In this document: positions 8,932 to 18,043 of the stretch, in pieces | Layout: each line of letters starts with the position of its first letter | How positions within the stretch are numbered: the first letter of the stretch is position 1 | Source: a phage | Length of the DNA stretch: 64,000 nucleotides | Reading direction: 5' to 3' (one strand) | Sequence record: NC_104726.1 | Program-made: the position numbers and the translations under genes | The notes under the pieces: generated by a model | What the model was told of the DNA's origin: nothing | Seen by the model: only the letters and a program-made list of their open reading frames with translations | Databases searched by the model: none

Positions 8932-9138
8932 ATGAAAGATTTTCTGTTGGCAATTTTGTTCATGGCAGCATGTCTGGCCTGTGGTGTCGTGTTTGCAGGT
9001 GAAACAGCGTATCTTGTCGATGTATACCGGGACAATGGTAAACGTATTTGCCTTTATGAGACAAGTCAAGGTGAGCTCTACGAGCTTGTGAAACAAGGCG
9101 AGGCTGGATCTTGTCCTCGCACCCATTTCTTTGAATGA
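8932..9138 (+). CDS. small secreted/membrane protein (68 aa)
   Basis: N-terminal hydrophobic signal-like segment LLAILFMAACLACGVVFA; strong SD AGGAGGG. Confidence 0.5.
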   Translation: MKDFLLAILFMAACLACGVVFAGETAYLVDVYRDNGKRICLYETSQGELYELVKQGEAGSCPRTHFFE

Positions 9139-9147
9139 GGAGAATAC

Positions 9148-9612
9148 GTGGAAGACGGACGTTTAATGAAGTCTGAACGCAGGCTTATTGTGCAACTGAT
9201 CCCAGAAACAGCTTGGTATAATAACCTCCGAAACGCTGTAAAGAAGAGTGAGTGGGATAAGATCCGCAAGAAGTGCTATAGAGAAGCCAACTACACCTGT
9301 GAGGTGTGCGGCGGTAAAGGCAGCAAACACCCAGTGGAGTGTCATGAACTTTACACTTTCGAAGAGGGAGTGATCCGGCTTGTCGGACTGATAGCGTTGT
9401 GCCCAGATTGTCACACATCGGTGCATCCTGGGTTAGCAAATATCCGTGGAAAGTATGCTCAGGCAGTTAATCAGTTGGCTAAGGTGAATAAGATCACCAA
9501 AGGTATGGCAGAGGCGTATTACCGAGACTGCTTTGCAGAGTGGCGTGAGCTTAGTAAAGTTCCAGAATGGAAGACTGACTTTTCGTGGATAGAGGGGTAC
9601 CTTGATGGCTAA
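9148..9612 (+). CDS. hypothetical Cys/His-rich protein (zinc-binding, HNH-like fold possible)
   Basis: CEVCGG...HPVECHE...CPDCH cluster; GTG start with GAGGAG SD. Confidence 0.45.
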   Translation: MEDGRLMKSERRLIVQLIPETAWYNNLRNAVKKSEWDKIRKKCYREANYTCEVCGGKGSKHPVECHELYTFEEGVIRLVGLIALCPDCHTSVHPGLANIRGKYAQAVNQLAKVNKITKGMAEAYYRDCFAEWRELSKVPEWKTDFSWIEGYLDG

Positions 9613-9895
9613 GAGACCTGTAAAAGAGAAATTCGATAAGACAGCTTTTGTATTCGATACACCTCTGGACGATATCATCAGAGGTATGCAAGCCTTGTAT
9701 CGGAAGGCTGAATCTGAGCAGTTGTCTGAATCAGAACTTTACTGGCTTGGTTGGTGGGAGTTAAACCTGCCTAAAGCTGAAAGTTCTTGTCTGAGAACTG
9801 TTAAAACGTGCGCCCAAGAAAACGCTGCACTTGGAATCTACCACAAAAGGAAAAGATCAACAAAAAGCTCTCCAAGAAAGACTAAAAAGTCTTGA
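9602..9895 (+). CDS. hypothetical protein (97 aa), basic C-terminus
   Basis: ORF overlapping upstream stop. Confidence 0.45.
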   Translation: MMAKRPVKEKFDKTAFVFDTPLDDIIRGMQALYRKAESEQLSESELYWLGWWELNLPKAESSCLRTVKTCAQENAALGIYHKRKRSTKSSPRKTKKS

Positions 9896-9921
9896 CAAAA
9901 GTGTTATTAATCTGATATTAT
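9892..9921 (+). promoter_or_regulatory. sigma70-type promoter (TTGACA-18-TATTAT)
   Basis: Read directly: ttgacaaaagtgttattaatctgatattat, upstream of ORF at 9955. Confidence 0.55.
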
Positions 9922-9954
9922 CGGTCAGATATCTATAAACTAGGAGAACCAGAT

Positions 9955-10263
9955 ATGCTTAAAATTTTTATTATTGAAGATAAAGATATTGTCCAGTTGT
10001 ATGCAAACGAGAATCATAAAGGTATGATTCTGAAGAAGGCAAGTAACCTTCATGAAAACACAATTCAACCTGGTGATGTAATTAAGATCTGTGGTTATAT
10101 GATACCAGACTCCTTGATGAAAATAACCCACCACTGGGGGTCTAATCCGTTCCTTTTTGAAAAGTATTGGGATGTTGAGTCACTTATTGCAGAGAGTGAT
10201 GATGCATTCCATTACAGCATCCAACCATCTTGCAGAATAACTAACAGGAGGGTCTTTGAGTAG
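9955..10263 (+). CDS. hypothetical protein (102 aa)
   Basis: ORF with SD, downstream of the promoter. Confidence 0.5.
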   Translation: MLKIFIIEDKDIVQLYANENHKGMILKKASNLHENTIQPGDVIKICGYMIPDSLMKITHHWGSNPFLFEKYWDVESLIAESDDAFHYSIQPSCRITNRRVFE

Positions 10264-11395
10264 AGAATATCCACTTATTGAGTCCATAGATTGTCTGGCT
10301 GATCTTCTTGAACCTGACGCTATAGTTTATTATGACTTCGATCAGGTTGCATATCAAGCTGCAGCAAGTTGTGAAAAAAGGACAATTGAGGTAACACACA
10401 AAGCCTCCGGACGTAAGAAGATGTTTAAAACACGAACAGAGTTCTGGGGGCGGCAGAAGAACACCGTTGGTGGTTGGTTAAAAGCTGAGAATACCAACCG
10501 TGAAGCTGCATGTAAAAAGGCTGGCAAGGAGTTTATTCCGTGGACACGAGAAGATTTCGATGTCTTGGATATCCAAACCCCTGATCCTGTAGAGAATTGC
10601 TTGCACACAATTAAGTGTAAAGCTAATGCAGTCCTTAATTATCTCGGTATTCCGGAAGATCGGTGCGTGGGGGTACTTGGAGGCACAGGTAATTTCAGAC
10701 TAGATCTTCCCATGCCGGAAAGATATAAAGCCAACCGTAACAATACTCTTCGACCACTGCTGCTTGGAGATGCAAGACAGTATCTCCAAAAGCAGTATAA
10801 TGCTCAAGTGATCAACGGTATCGAGGCTGATGACTGGTTAGCTATCCAGCAATTTGAAGGTTGGAACCACTACCAAAAAACAGGTAAGTTCAACAAGTTT
10901 ATTATCTCTATTGATAAGGACCAAAGAACACTACCGGGGCTTGTGTTCGATCCCATGCGAAACGATAAGGGAGATTTTGTAAGGGAAACCCCTATGCTGA
11001 TCGATAACGGTATGGGGAACATCTTCATGAAGCCTAATGGAGAGGTTGGTGGTTACGGAATGCTGTTCTTCGGATACCAAATGCTGTGTGGTGACTCTGC
11101 TGACAACATCAAGCCGTATCAAGGACTTATCGGTAAGGGTAAGTTCGGGGATGCCTCAGCATTCTACCTACTGTCTCAGTGCAGCACTCCAAAGGAGATG
11201 TGGGCGGCTATTATTGATCAGTACAAGAAGTGGTTCCCGAAAGGTGTTGTTAAGTATACTGACTTCAATGGTATTGATCGTAGAATTTCCGTAGGTCAGT
11301 GGATGAGTATAATTTTTGACTGTTTGTATATGAAGCGAACATTCAATGATCGAACAAAACTTGTTAACGTTCTTAGAAATGTTGGAGCAATTTGA
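10256..11395 (+). CDS. 5'-3' exonuclease / RNase H (FEN family, T4 RNase H-like)
   Basis: FEN motifs YKANR, EADD, GDSADNI; TTG start after AGGAGG. Confidence 0.8.
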   Translation: MSREYPLIESIDCLADLLEPDAIVYYDFDQVAYQAAASCEKRTIEVTHKASGRKKMFKTRTEFWGRQKNTVGGWLKAENTNREAACKKAGKEFIPWTREDFDVLDIQTPDPVENCLHTIKCKANAVLNYLGIPEDRCVGVLGGTGNFRLDLPMPERYKANRNNTLRPLLLGDARQYLQKQYNAQVINGIEADDWLAIQQFEGWNHYQKTGKFNKFIISIDKDQRTLPGLVFDPMRNDKGDFVRETPMLIDNGMGNIFMKPNGEVGGYGMLFFGYQMLCGDSADNIKPYQGLIGKGKFGDASAFYLLSQCSTPKEMWAAIIDQYKKWFPKGVVKYTDFNGIDRRISVGQWMSIIFDCLYMKRTFNDRTKLVNVLRNVGAI

Positions 11396-11727
11396 TGACT
11401 AAAAATTCTGTAGATAATGCAATTATGGAAGCTGTTTTTGAGGATGATCATACAACAGGGACCATTAAAACAAAAAATACATTTATTGTTGCCACAGGTA
11501 TGTGGCGGTTGTATGAAGATGACACTATTTCATACATCCTGTACACAGATGATTACGCAGATGACCGTGTATGGTCTGCTGTTTTAAAAGAGGATTGTGA
11601 GTTGATTGAGGGCGAGCGGTTATGCATGTTCACCAGTGTGGAAACAGATGTTAAGCTTTGCTCTCTCGTCCTGTTCAAAGATAAGGCTTATGCTCCTGAT
11701 GAAGGAGAGGAGGATGAGGAAGCATGA
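11392..11727 (+). CDS. hypothetical acidic protein (111 aa)
   Basis: ORF overlapping upstream stop (ATGA); glutamate-rich C-terminus. Confidence 0.5.
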   Translation: MMTKNSVDNAIMEAVFEDDHTTGTIKTKNTFIVATGMWRLYEDDTISYILYTDDYADDRVWSAVLKEDCELIEGERLCMFTSVETDVKLCSLVLFKDKAYAPDEGEEDEEA

Positions 11728-12353
11728 GAGAGCGTCTATTATCCATAGACCAGTCGTTGACACACACAGCTTGCGTTGTATGGGACGATGGAAAGCCTGT
11801 TCATAAGGTTGTGTTACGAACTCAAAGCTCATCTGCAAAAGAGAAGAAACCAGGGACGGTTTCTTTTGCAACAGCTGCTGAGCGTATTGACTGGATCTGC
11901 AAACAGGTCAGATATTATATCCACACGCACGGCGTTGACACCGTGGTTATGGAAGGGCTTTCCTTTGGATCACGCGGGGATGCCACACGTGAACTGGCTG
12001 GGTTGTTTTACGGTCTTGAAGTTATGCTTTGGGATGCTTTGGCTGATTGTGAAAATGACGGCCTGTTTAAGGTCCACACAGTGACACCAACAACTGCCAA
12101 AAAGTTTGCTCGTAGTCATCTTCCTGAGGAACTTGCTTTTGAGGAGAAGAAAAAGCTTGACAAAAAGACAGGTAAAGAGCATACTGTGAAGAAACCTGTT
12201 ACGATGGATAAAAAGTTGATGGTTAAGGCCTGCGAAGTATCTGAACCAGGGTTCCTAGATGGGATCAATTTGGTACAAGGTAAGGCCGATCTCGCAGATG
12301 CTTATTGGATAGGCAGGGCGCATCTGGAGGGATTATCGCAAAGCGTAAAATAA
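11724..12353 (+). CDS. RuvC-like Holliday junction resolvase
   Basis: N-terminal SIDQSLTHTA (RuvC motif-I-like Asp), VVMEGLSFG, C-terminal DAYWIGRAHL. Confidence 0.55.
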   Translation: MRERLLSIDQSLTHTACVVWDDGKPVHKVVLRTQSSSAKEKKPGTVSFATAAERIDWICKQVRYYIHTHGVDTVVMEGLSFGSRGDATRELAGLFYGLEVMLWDALADCENDGLFKVHTVTPTTAKKFARSHLPEELAFEEKKKLDKKTGKEHTVKKPVTMDKKLMVKACEVSEPGFLDGINLVQGKADLADAYWIGRAHLEGLSQSVK

Positions 12354-12910
12354 GAAAGAAAGCTGTCAAAGCCCCAGTTCATAACGGGTGGTTAAAAGAT
12401 TCTAAGGACATAGCCAACTTTCGAAAAGAATTGTCAGAGGAGCAAGATGGTCTTGATCCGATCTTGTGCGAGCCACTTCGTAAGCCTTGTCTAGATCATG
12501 ATCATCTGACTGGTCGTTGCAGGGGTGTTTTGTCTCAGTGCACTAATACCTTTGAGGGGTATGTGCTTAAATACTGGATGAAATACTGTAACGAGTATAC
12601 AGATTGCAGTTTATCAGAGGCGTTGCGCCGGATGGCTGACTATCTGGAGAAAGACTACAGCGACTTCCCGCTCCACAAAAACTACAGAGATGATATGACA
12701 AAGTTCTTGAGGAGATGCTCTAAAGCTACGATCATTGCACGAGCAGAATCAGATCTCAATCTTGTCATTAATCCAGAGTGCACCAAGCATGAGGCTATTG
12801 AGTTCTACATGCAGGAGTTTATAAAGAAAACTGAGGAGAGAGATTTCTATGGGGATGAAAAAGGTATTCAATCCTTGCGATTCAGTTCTGATCAGGATGA
12901 AATACCGTAA
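12305..12910 (+). CDS. endonuclease VII-like recombination endonuclease
   Basis: CLDHDHLTGRCRGVLSQCTN matches the Endo VII zinc/catalytic signature (HxH-TG-RG-LC-xx-CN); start is TTG and uncertain. Confidence 0.7.
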   Translation: MDRQGASGGIIAKRKIRKKAVKAPVHNGWLKDSKDIANFRKELSEEQDGLDPILCEPLRKPCLDHDHLTGRCRGVLSQCTNTFEGYVLKYWMKYCNEYTDCSLSEALRRMADYLEKDYSDFPLHKNYRDDMTKFLRRCSKATIIARAESDLNLVINPECTKHEAIEFYMQEFIKKTEERDFYGDEKGIQSLRFSSDQDEIP

Positions 12911-13070
12911 CTGGAAAGGTGTTGTTGCAGATCGCTGCGTTACTGAGCCTAATTTATGGTTTGGCTCTACAGAATATCATAAAGAAGAGCAGTGGTTGAT
13001 GCATGCCTTCGATGTAGACAAGGGCGAATATCGTGACTTCGCTTTAAAAGACATTCTTCAGTTTTACTAA
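12897..13070 (+). CDS. hypothetical small protein
   Basis: Internal ATG (MKYRNWKG) chosen over the longer track ORF that overlaps Endo VII; weak SD. Confidence 0.35.
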   Translation: MKYRNWKGVVADRCVTEPNLWFGSTEYHKEEQWLMHAFDVDKGEYRDFALKDILQFY

Positions 13071-13076
13071 GGAATC

Positions 13077-14066
13077 TTGACGATGATGACAAAGTTAACT
13101 CTTGAGCAAATTTTAACACTAAAGCAACAGGGATACACTAATAGACAAATTGCTCGTGAATTTTTAGGCCGTGAGTCACGTGAGAGCTGGATCCGACTAC
13201 AGCTTAAACGTGCACAAGAGAATATGTCAGAGATTGTAGGAGAAGCAACGGAGCGCTTCCTTGAAGAGCACAAAGGCGCTAAAGTTTGGGTGTATGATAC
13301 AGAGACATCCCCAACAAACGGCTGGTTCTTTGGGCACTATAAGACCAACATTCAAACCTGTGGTATTGAAGTTATGCCTTATATGCTAACTTTCGCAGGT
13401 AAGTGGTTAGACAGTCCTAGTGTGGTTGACTGCGCTCTTCCCGATTACAAAATGTGGGATGAGGATATTCACAATGACCTCGAATTGATTCAGGACTTGT
13501 GGTATTATCTGGATAAATGTGATGTCGCAGTAGCCCACAATTCAGGTTTTGACTGTGGGTGGGCAAACCAACGATTTGCATTTCACGGGTTGCCTCCAAC
13601 AAGCCCATACAAAGAGGTTGACACCCTTAAAATGATCAAGAAGGCATTCCGTTTGAATGCAAACACTTTGGAGTATGCATGCAAATACTTCCAACTTGCC
13701 AGACAGAAACTGATTGACCACACATTTGAAATGTGGATCAAGTGTGTTCATGGTGATCTTGAGGCGTTTAAACAGATGCGGGAGTACAATGTTGGTGATA
13801 TCCTATCTCTGGAAGGCCTGTATTTGCTGGCACGCCCGTTTGCTAAGCAGCACCCCAACATGTCATTGTACTACCAGGATGAGGAGCCAAAAGTTCGTTG
13901 CCCACGCTGCGGTGGAGAACACCTTCACGAGGAAGAAGCTTTGGCGTATACTCAACTGAGTGCATTTAAAACATATCGCTGCGAAGGTTGTGGATCTGTT
14001 GTTCGTGACCGTAACAACATCCGTACCAGAGAAGAAATGAAAAACACCCTGATTCAGATAATCTAA
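13077..14066 (+). CDS. DnaQ-like (DEDD) 3'-5' exonuclease with C-terminal zinc ribbon
   Basis: Exo I VWVYDTET, Exo II VAHNSGFDCGW, Exo III YNVGD; CPRCGG...CEGCG. Confidence 0.7.
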   Translation: MTMMTKLTLEQILTLKQQGYTNRQIAREFLGRESRESWIRLQLKRAQENMSEIVGEATERFLEEHKGAKVWVYDTETSPTNGWFFGHYKTNIQTCGIEVMPYMLTFAGKWLDSPSVVDCALPDYKMWDEDIHNDLELIQDLWYYLDKCDVAVAHNSGFDCGWANQRFAFHGLPPTSPYKEVDTLKMIKKAFRLNANTLEYACKYFQLARQKLIDHTFEMWIKCVHGDLEAFKQMREYNVGDILSLEGLYLLARPFAKQHPNMSLYYQDEEPKVRCPRCGGEHLHEEEALAYTQLSAFKTYRCEGCGSVVRDRNNIRTREEMKNTLIQII

Positions 14067-14075
14067 TCAAGTATA

Positions 14076-14103
14076 GGGAGGCTTGCGCCTCCCTTTTCCT
14101 TTT
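14076..14103 (+). terminator. rho-independent terminator-like hairpin
   Basis: gggaggc-ttgc-gcctccc followed by ttttcctttt; lies inside the longest-ORF extension of the next gene. Confidence 0.55.
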
Positions 14104-14112
14104 GGAGGCACT

Positions 14113-14931
14113 TTGAGCAAGAAAGAGTCCAACGACAAATATTACACAAACCCTGAGTATGCAGAATATCTTGTTGGTAAAGTAAAAGATAAGTATGGAA
14201 ATTGTGCATACGTTGAGCCTTCTGCTGGAAGGGGTTCTTTTTCAAAACTATTTTCAGAGATACTGTCTTACGATCTAGTACCAGATCCTGAATTTGAAGG
14301 ACCAACACCGTGCATTCAGGCAAACTTCTTGGAGGTGCATCCCAAGGCAGATGTCTTCATAGGTAACCCACCATTTGGCAAGAATTCATCTTTAGCTTGC
14401 AAATTCTTTAACCATTGTGCATCATTGCTAGAGCTTGGAGGGGCTATAGCCTTCATCTTGCCACGGACATTTGAAAAAATATTTTTTGCAAACAAACTGG
14501 ACATGTCGATGCACCTTGTCTACAGTGAAAGGTGCCCTAAGAACTCGTTTCTACTTAATGGCAAACCTTATGACGTGCCGTGTGTTTTCCAAATTTGGGA
14601 GAAAAAGGCGTGCAACAGGGATCCTGTAGAGATTGGGGAGAATAAGTTATTTTCTTTTAGCACTCCAGATGACTACGACTTCTGTGTAAGACGTGTTGGG
14701 TATAATGCTGGAAAAGTATTGGGGGAGGATGACCCAAAATCTGAAGAATCTACATATTTCATAAAATCTTTAGTTGACGGTGTTGACAGAGTGTTTGCTG
14801 AATGCTATTCTTCTTTTCAAGAAGAAGCAGGTAAGACTGCTGGAATGAAGAGTATAGGCAAGAAAGAACTACAATACATTTTGGAGACCCGGTATGATCA
14901 AAAGCATAGACTTGACCAAAGAACTTACTGA
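14113..14931 (+). CDS. DNA N6-adenine methyltransferase (NPPF motif)
   Basis: Catalytic motif IV GNPPFG; start moved to the in-frame TTG after GGAGG and downstream of the hairpin; track ORF begins 14083. Confidence 0.7.
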   Translation: MSKKESNDKYYTNPEYAEYLVGKVKDKYGNCAYVEPSAGRGSFSKLFSEILSYDLVPDPEFEGPTPCIQANFLEVHPKADVFIGNPPFGKNSSLACKFFNHCASLLELGGAIAFILPRTFEKIFFANKLDMSMHLVYSERCPKNSFLLNGKPYDVPCVFQIWEKKACNRDPVEIGENKLFSFSTPDDYDFCVRRVGYNAGKVLGEDDPKSEESTYFIKSLVDGVDRVFAECYSSFQEEAGKTAGMKSIGKKELQYILETRYDQKHRLDQRTY

Positions 14932-15352
14932 TGCAAAAGCTTTTGGTGAGACAGCGGTACAAAGAGGCCAGGCTATGGGACTGGCACTACCTTTCGTCTT
15001 AAAAGAGCACTTTACAGATTTTCAACTTATCAAGGGTGATAAGGGAATTCTTATCCTGGAGCATAAGTTGAGTAAGAAACGCTATAAAGTTGTTTTTAAT
15101 TCTAAAGCTCCAACAAAACTGGGATTCAGAACTTACAATCTTAACCCATCCTACACTAAGGGTGTAGGAAGAGTAGAACAACAGCATTTCAGTGCCAGAG
15201 CTTCTTTAGCCCCTTTGATGCTAAATTTTTCAGGGGTGGCTTTAGGATACCTTGACAAGAAAAGAGTTCTTCATGTCCGTTTCACAGACTTTGTAACGCT
15301 TTTAGCTAACAATGAGGTAGATGAAAAGGGACGTGTAAAAACAAACTTCTAA
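14894..15352 (+). CDS. hypothetical protein (152 aa)
   Basis: ORF overlapping upstream gene end. Confidence 0.5.
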   Translation: MIKSIDLTKELTDAKAFGETAVQRGQAMGLALPFVLKEHFTDFQLIKGDKGILILEHKLSKKRYKVVFNSKAPTKLGFRTYNLNPSYTKGVGRVEQQHFSARASLAPLMLNFSGVALGYLDKKRVLHVRFTDFVTLLANNEVDEKGRVKTNF

Positions 15353-15367
15353 TAACGCATAGTATGA

Positions 15368-15571
15368 TTGGAGACAGCAATGACACTAAAGTTAACAGTT
15401 CCAGACAGCTTTTCAGAAAACTTTATCCCAGAAATGATGGATAAGATGCGATCATTGCTTGATCAGATTGAAGAGGCTGTTTGGGAAGACGATGCTGTAG
15501 TGGCTAACGAGCTGGTAGATAAGTGTAAAAGTATTATTGATGCAGTTGAAGAATACCACGGAGGTTTTTGA
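15368..15571 (+). CDS. hypothetical acidic protein (67 aa)
   Basis: ORF with SD GGAGACAGCA. Confidence 0.45.
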   Translation: METAMTLKLTVPDSFSENFIPEMMDKMRSLLDQIEEAVWEDDAVVANELVDKCKSIIDAVEEYHGGF

Positions 15572-16185
15572 TGGATATTATTGTTCTTAACGCCCCACCT
15601 AGTAGTGGTAAGGATCACATTGCAGATCTCTTGTTGGAAGCTATTCCTAACTCACACCATCATGAGGTTAAGGAGATGCTCTTCAGCGTGGCAATTAAGG
15701 CAGCTGGTGTAACTCCTCAACTCTGGAATGCACTTTATGACCGCCACTACAAAGAAGAGCCTTGCCCTTTCTTAATGATAGACGGTAAGCATGTTTCTCC
15801 GCGAGAGTGGATGATCCATTGTAGTGAAAATCTGATTAAACCTATCTTTGGTGAAGATGCTTTCGGTAAGGCCGCAGTCACATCCTTGAAGAAAGATTTC
15901 CCTAAAGGTAAAGGGGTTGTTGTTTACTCCGATGGTGGATTCAAAGAGGAGCTGGCATGCCTTAGTGAGTACGCATACAGCACAGGTGGAGATCTGTTGT
16001 TGTTCCGTATTCACCGTGTCGGATATGACTGGGGAAATGATTCCAGAACCTATCTAAGTCTGGAAAAGAACGGAATAAAAGGGATTGAGTTCGATGTTGT
16101 AAACCCTGAAGGTGCACCTTGGGAGTGTGCATCGGAGATTGTGTGCAAGTATATTGATGCTAAAGAGGCCCAAGAAGAATGTTAA
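15568..16185 (+). CDS. deoxynucleoside monophosphate kinase-like P-loop kinase
   Basis: N-terminal P-loop-like NAPPSSGKDHIAD resembling T4 gp1 SGVKRSGKDTTAD. Confidence 0.5.
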   Translation: MMDIIVLNAPPSSGKDHIADLLLEAIPNSHHHEVKEMLFSVAIKAAGVTPQLWNALYDRHYKEEPCPFLMIDGKHVSPREWMIHCSENLIKPIFGEDAFGKAAVTSLKKDFPKGKGVVVYSDGGFKEELACLSEYAYSTGGDLLLFRIHRVGYDWGNDSRTYLSLEKNGIKGIEFDVVNPEGAPWECASEIVCKYIDAKEAQEEC

Positions 16186-16772
16186 TCGGAATTGATGTAG
16201 ATTTGACACTGGTAGATTCAGGAACAGCATGGTGGGAGTGGTTGGAGCGTTTGTATGGTCCAGCCAGTAAGACAGTCGCTAAACCTTCTAATGGACTGAT
16301 GTATTACGATCTGTCAAAGTATTGGCCTGATCGCCCCAAAGAAAACATCATAGGGCCTTTTGATTTCTGGAGTGACCCATTCCTCTACGACTTTCTTAAG
16401 CCTGAAGAGGGGGCTATTGAGGTTATGAAAGATTTGGTGGCTCGTGGTCACAAGCTTGCATTTATCTCGGTATGCAAGAAAGGTCACCTTGCATCTAAAT
16501 CAAGGTTCTTAAAGCGTTGGACCAGTGATTTTATGGATCTGGACGATCACACCCAGGGTCACGGCTTCTACGCCACACATTTCAAAGGAAATGTGGCTGT
16601 AGATGTTATAATTGACGACAGGCATGAATACCTCAACCAATTCGCTTCACGACCTGAAGTTATTAAAATCCTAAAAGATACGCCTTATGAGCAATTCGAG
16701 GAGTTAAAGGTCAGTATTGACTATACCGCCAATAGCTGGTATAAAATAGGAAAGTTTTTAGAAGGTATTTGA
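16179..16772 (+). CDS. HAD-superfamily hydrolase (putative nucleotidase)
   Basis: HAD motif I GIDVDLTLVD (DxDxT); downstream DD motif. Confidence 0.55.
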   Translation: MLIGIDVDLTLVDSGTAWWEWLERLYGPASKTVAKPSNGLMYYDLSKYWPDRPKENIIGPFDFWSDPFLYDFLKPEEGAIEVMKDLVARGHKLAFISVCKKGHLASKSRFLKRWTSDFMDLDDHTQGHGFYATHFKGNVAVDVIIDDRHEYLNQFASRPEVIKILKDTPYEQFEELKVSIDYTANSWYKIGKFLEGI

Positions 16773-16773
16773 A

Positions 16774-16974
16774 ATGGGCAGATGTTCTAAAGGTGGCGAT
16801 CCTGTAGTCAGATACGGAGACTGGCTAGAGGTATATAATCTGGAGGGAAAGCTAGTGTATGCTTCCAGGATCACCCAGGATATGTGCTCTGATATGTTTA
16901 ACAGGTACCTTGCATTTAAGGCCAACATAAACCCAGACGAAATTTCCAAAATTAAAACAAGGAGAGCTAAATAA
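16774..16974 (+). CDS. hypothetical protein (66 aa)
   Basis: Short ORF tightly packed between neighbours. Confidence 0.4.
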   Translation: MGRCSKGGDPVVRYGDWLEVYNLEGKLVYASRITQDMCSDMFNRYLAFKANINPDEISKIKTRRAK

Positions 16975-17957
16975 TGCTAAAACTGTGCACTGCAAAGATT
17001 ATTGCTGACAGCATTTCCGAGAAAGGTAAGCGTATAACCACTTTTGAGCTAGAGTATCCTAGAATCATTCACTCTGAACTCATGACACACCGAGTTTTCA
17101 GCAGAAACGCCATGTCCTCTCGTGCAGTACCTGTTAACAAAATGCTGCAGCAGGTTGTGGAAAATCCTGCAATGCCAGTTCGTTTTGGTGTAAACCAGCG
17201 AGGTATGGAGGATGGTGGCGATCACGATCAGAAGATCCGTGTAGAGTATACTGATCTTGAGTTCTCTCCTGAAGAGTTCTGGAAAGAAGCTGCCAAAAAT
17301 GCAGCCTGGCATGCAGAGAAGTTCGCACTTGCTGGTTACCATAAGCAAGTGTGTAACCGCTTAGTGGAGCCTTTTCAACGCATGAAAACAGTTGTAACAA
17401 GCACAGAGTGGAATAATTTTTTCCATCTCCGTTGCTGGCACGATGCGGATCCTACGATTCAGATGTTGGCTAATTGTATGTGGGAAGCTCTTGTGAATAG
17501 CACTCCTGAAATCCTTAAACCAGGGCAATGGCACACTCCATATGTAGAGCACGTTTATTTGGACGGAGAGTTTAACTACGCTGTACTTGACACAGAAGGA
17601 AAGCTCTGCATTCTCGATACTAAAGAAGCTCTGTCTATCAGTGCTAGTTGCTGTGCACAAGTATCTTATCGAAATATTGACAGCACGTTTGAAAAGGCAG
17701 ACAGTGTGGCTAAAAAATTGATTGGTGGGGATCGTATCCATGCAAGCCCTTACGAGCACCAGGCAACACCTATGGATCACGATAACGCAATGGAACGTTT
17801 AAACTACTACCTGTCTTCATGTGAAATCACACAAGACAGCTGTGTTTGGCAGGAAGGTGTAACCCATCAAGACCGTGATGGTAAATTCTGGTCTGCCAAC
17901 TTTTGTGGGTGGGTTCAGCACAGACAACTGCTTAATAACCACTTCGTGAAATGTTAA
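16974..17957 (+). CDS. ThyX-like flavin-dependent thymidylate synthase family protein
   Basis: ThyX-like signature THRVFSRNAMSSR (RHR-X7-S pattern with first R replaced by T); 327 aa is longer than typical ThyX. Confidence 0.5.
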   Translation: MLKLCTAKIIADSISEKGKRITTFELEYPRIIHSELMTHRVFSRNAMSSRAVPVNKMLQQVVENPAMPVRFGVNQRGMEDGGDHDQKIRVEYTDLEFSPEEFWKEAAKNAAWHAEKFALAGYHKQVCNRLVEPFQRMKTVVTSTEWNNFFHLRCWHDADPTIQMLANCMWEALVNSTPEILKPGQWHTPYVEHVYLDGEFNYAVLDTEGKLCILDTKEALSISASCCAQVSYRNIDSTFEKADSVAKKLIGGDRIHASPYEHQATPMDHDNAMERLNYYLSSCEITQDSCVWQEGVTHQDRDGKFWSANFCGWVQHRQLLNNHFVKC

Positions 17958-17986
17958 TCCTATCACAGCGATAGGTAACTTTTGTG

Positions 17987-18015
17987 TTGACTAATAGTAT
18001 CAGATAATCTATAAT
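17987..18015 (+). promoter_or_regulatory. sigma70-type promoter (TTGACT-17-TATAAT)
   Basis: Read directly: ttgactaatagtatcagataatctataat. Confidence 0.6.
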
Positions 18016-18043
18016 AATGGCTCACTTTGTTGGTGAGCCAGAA

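Noticed and set aside
17049-17780. Minus-strand ORFs inside the ThyX-like gene; similar antisense ORFs inside nrdA (19700-20791) and the ligase gene (6788-7504)
   Set aside because: Embedded antisense frames within long, motif-supported plus-strand genes; no independent signals.
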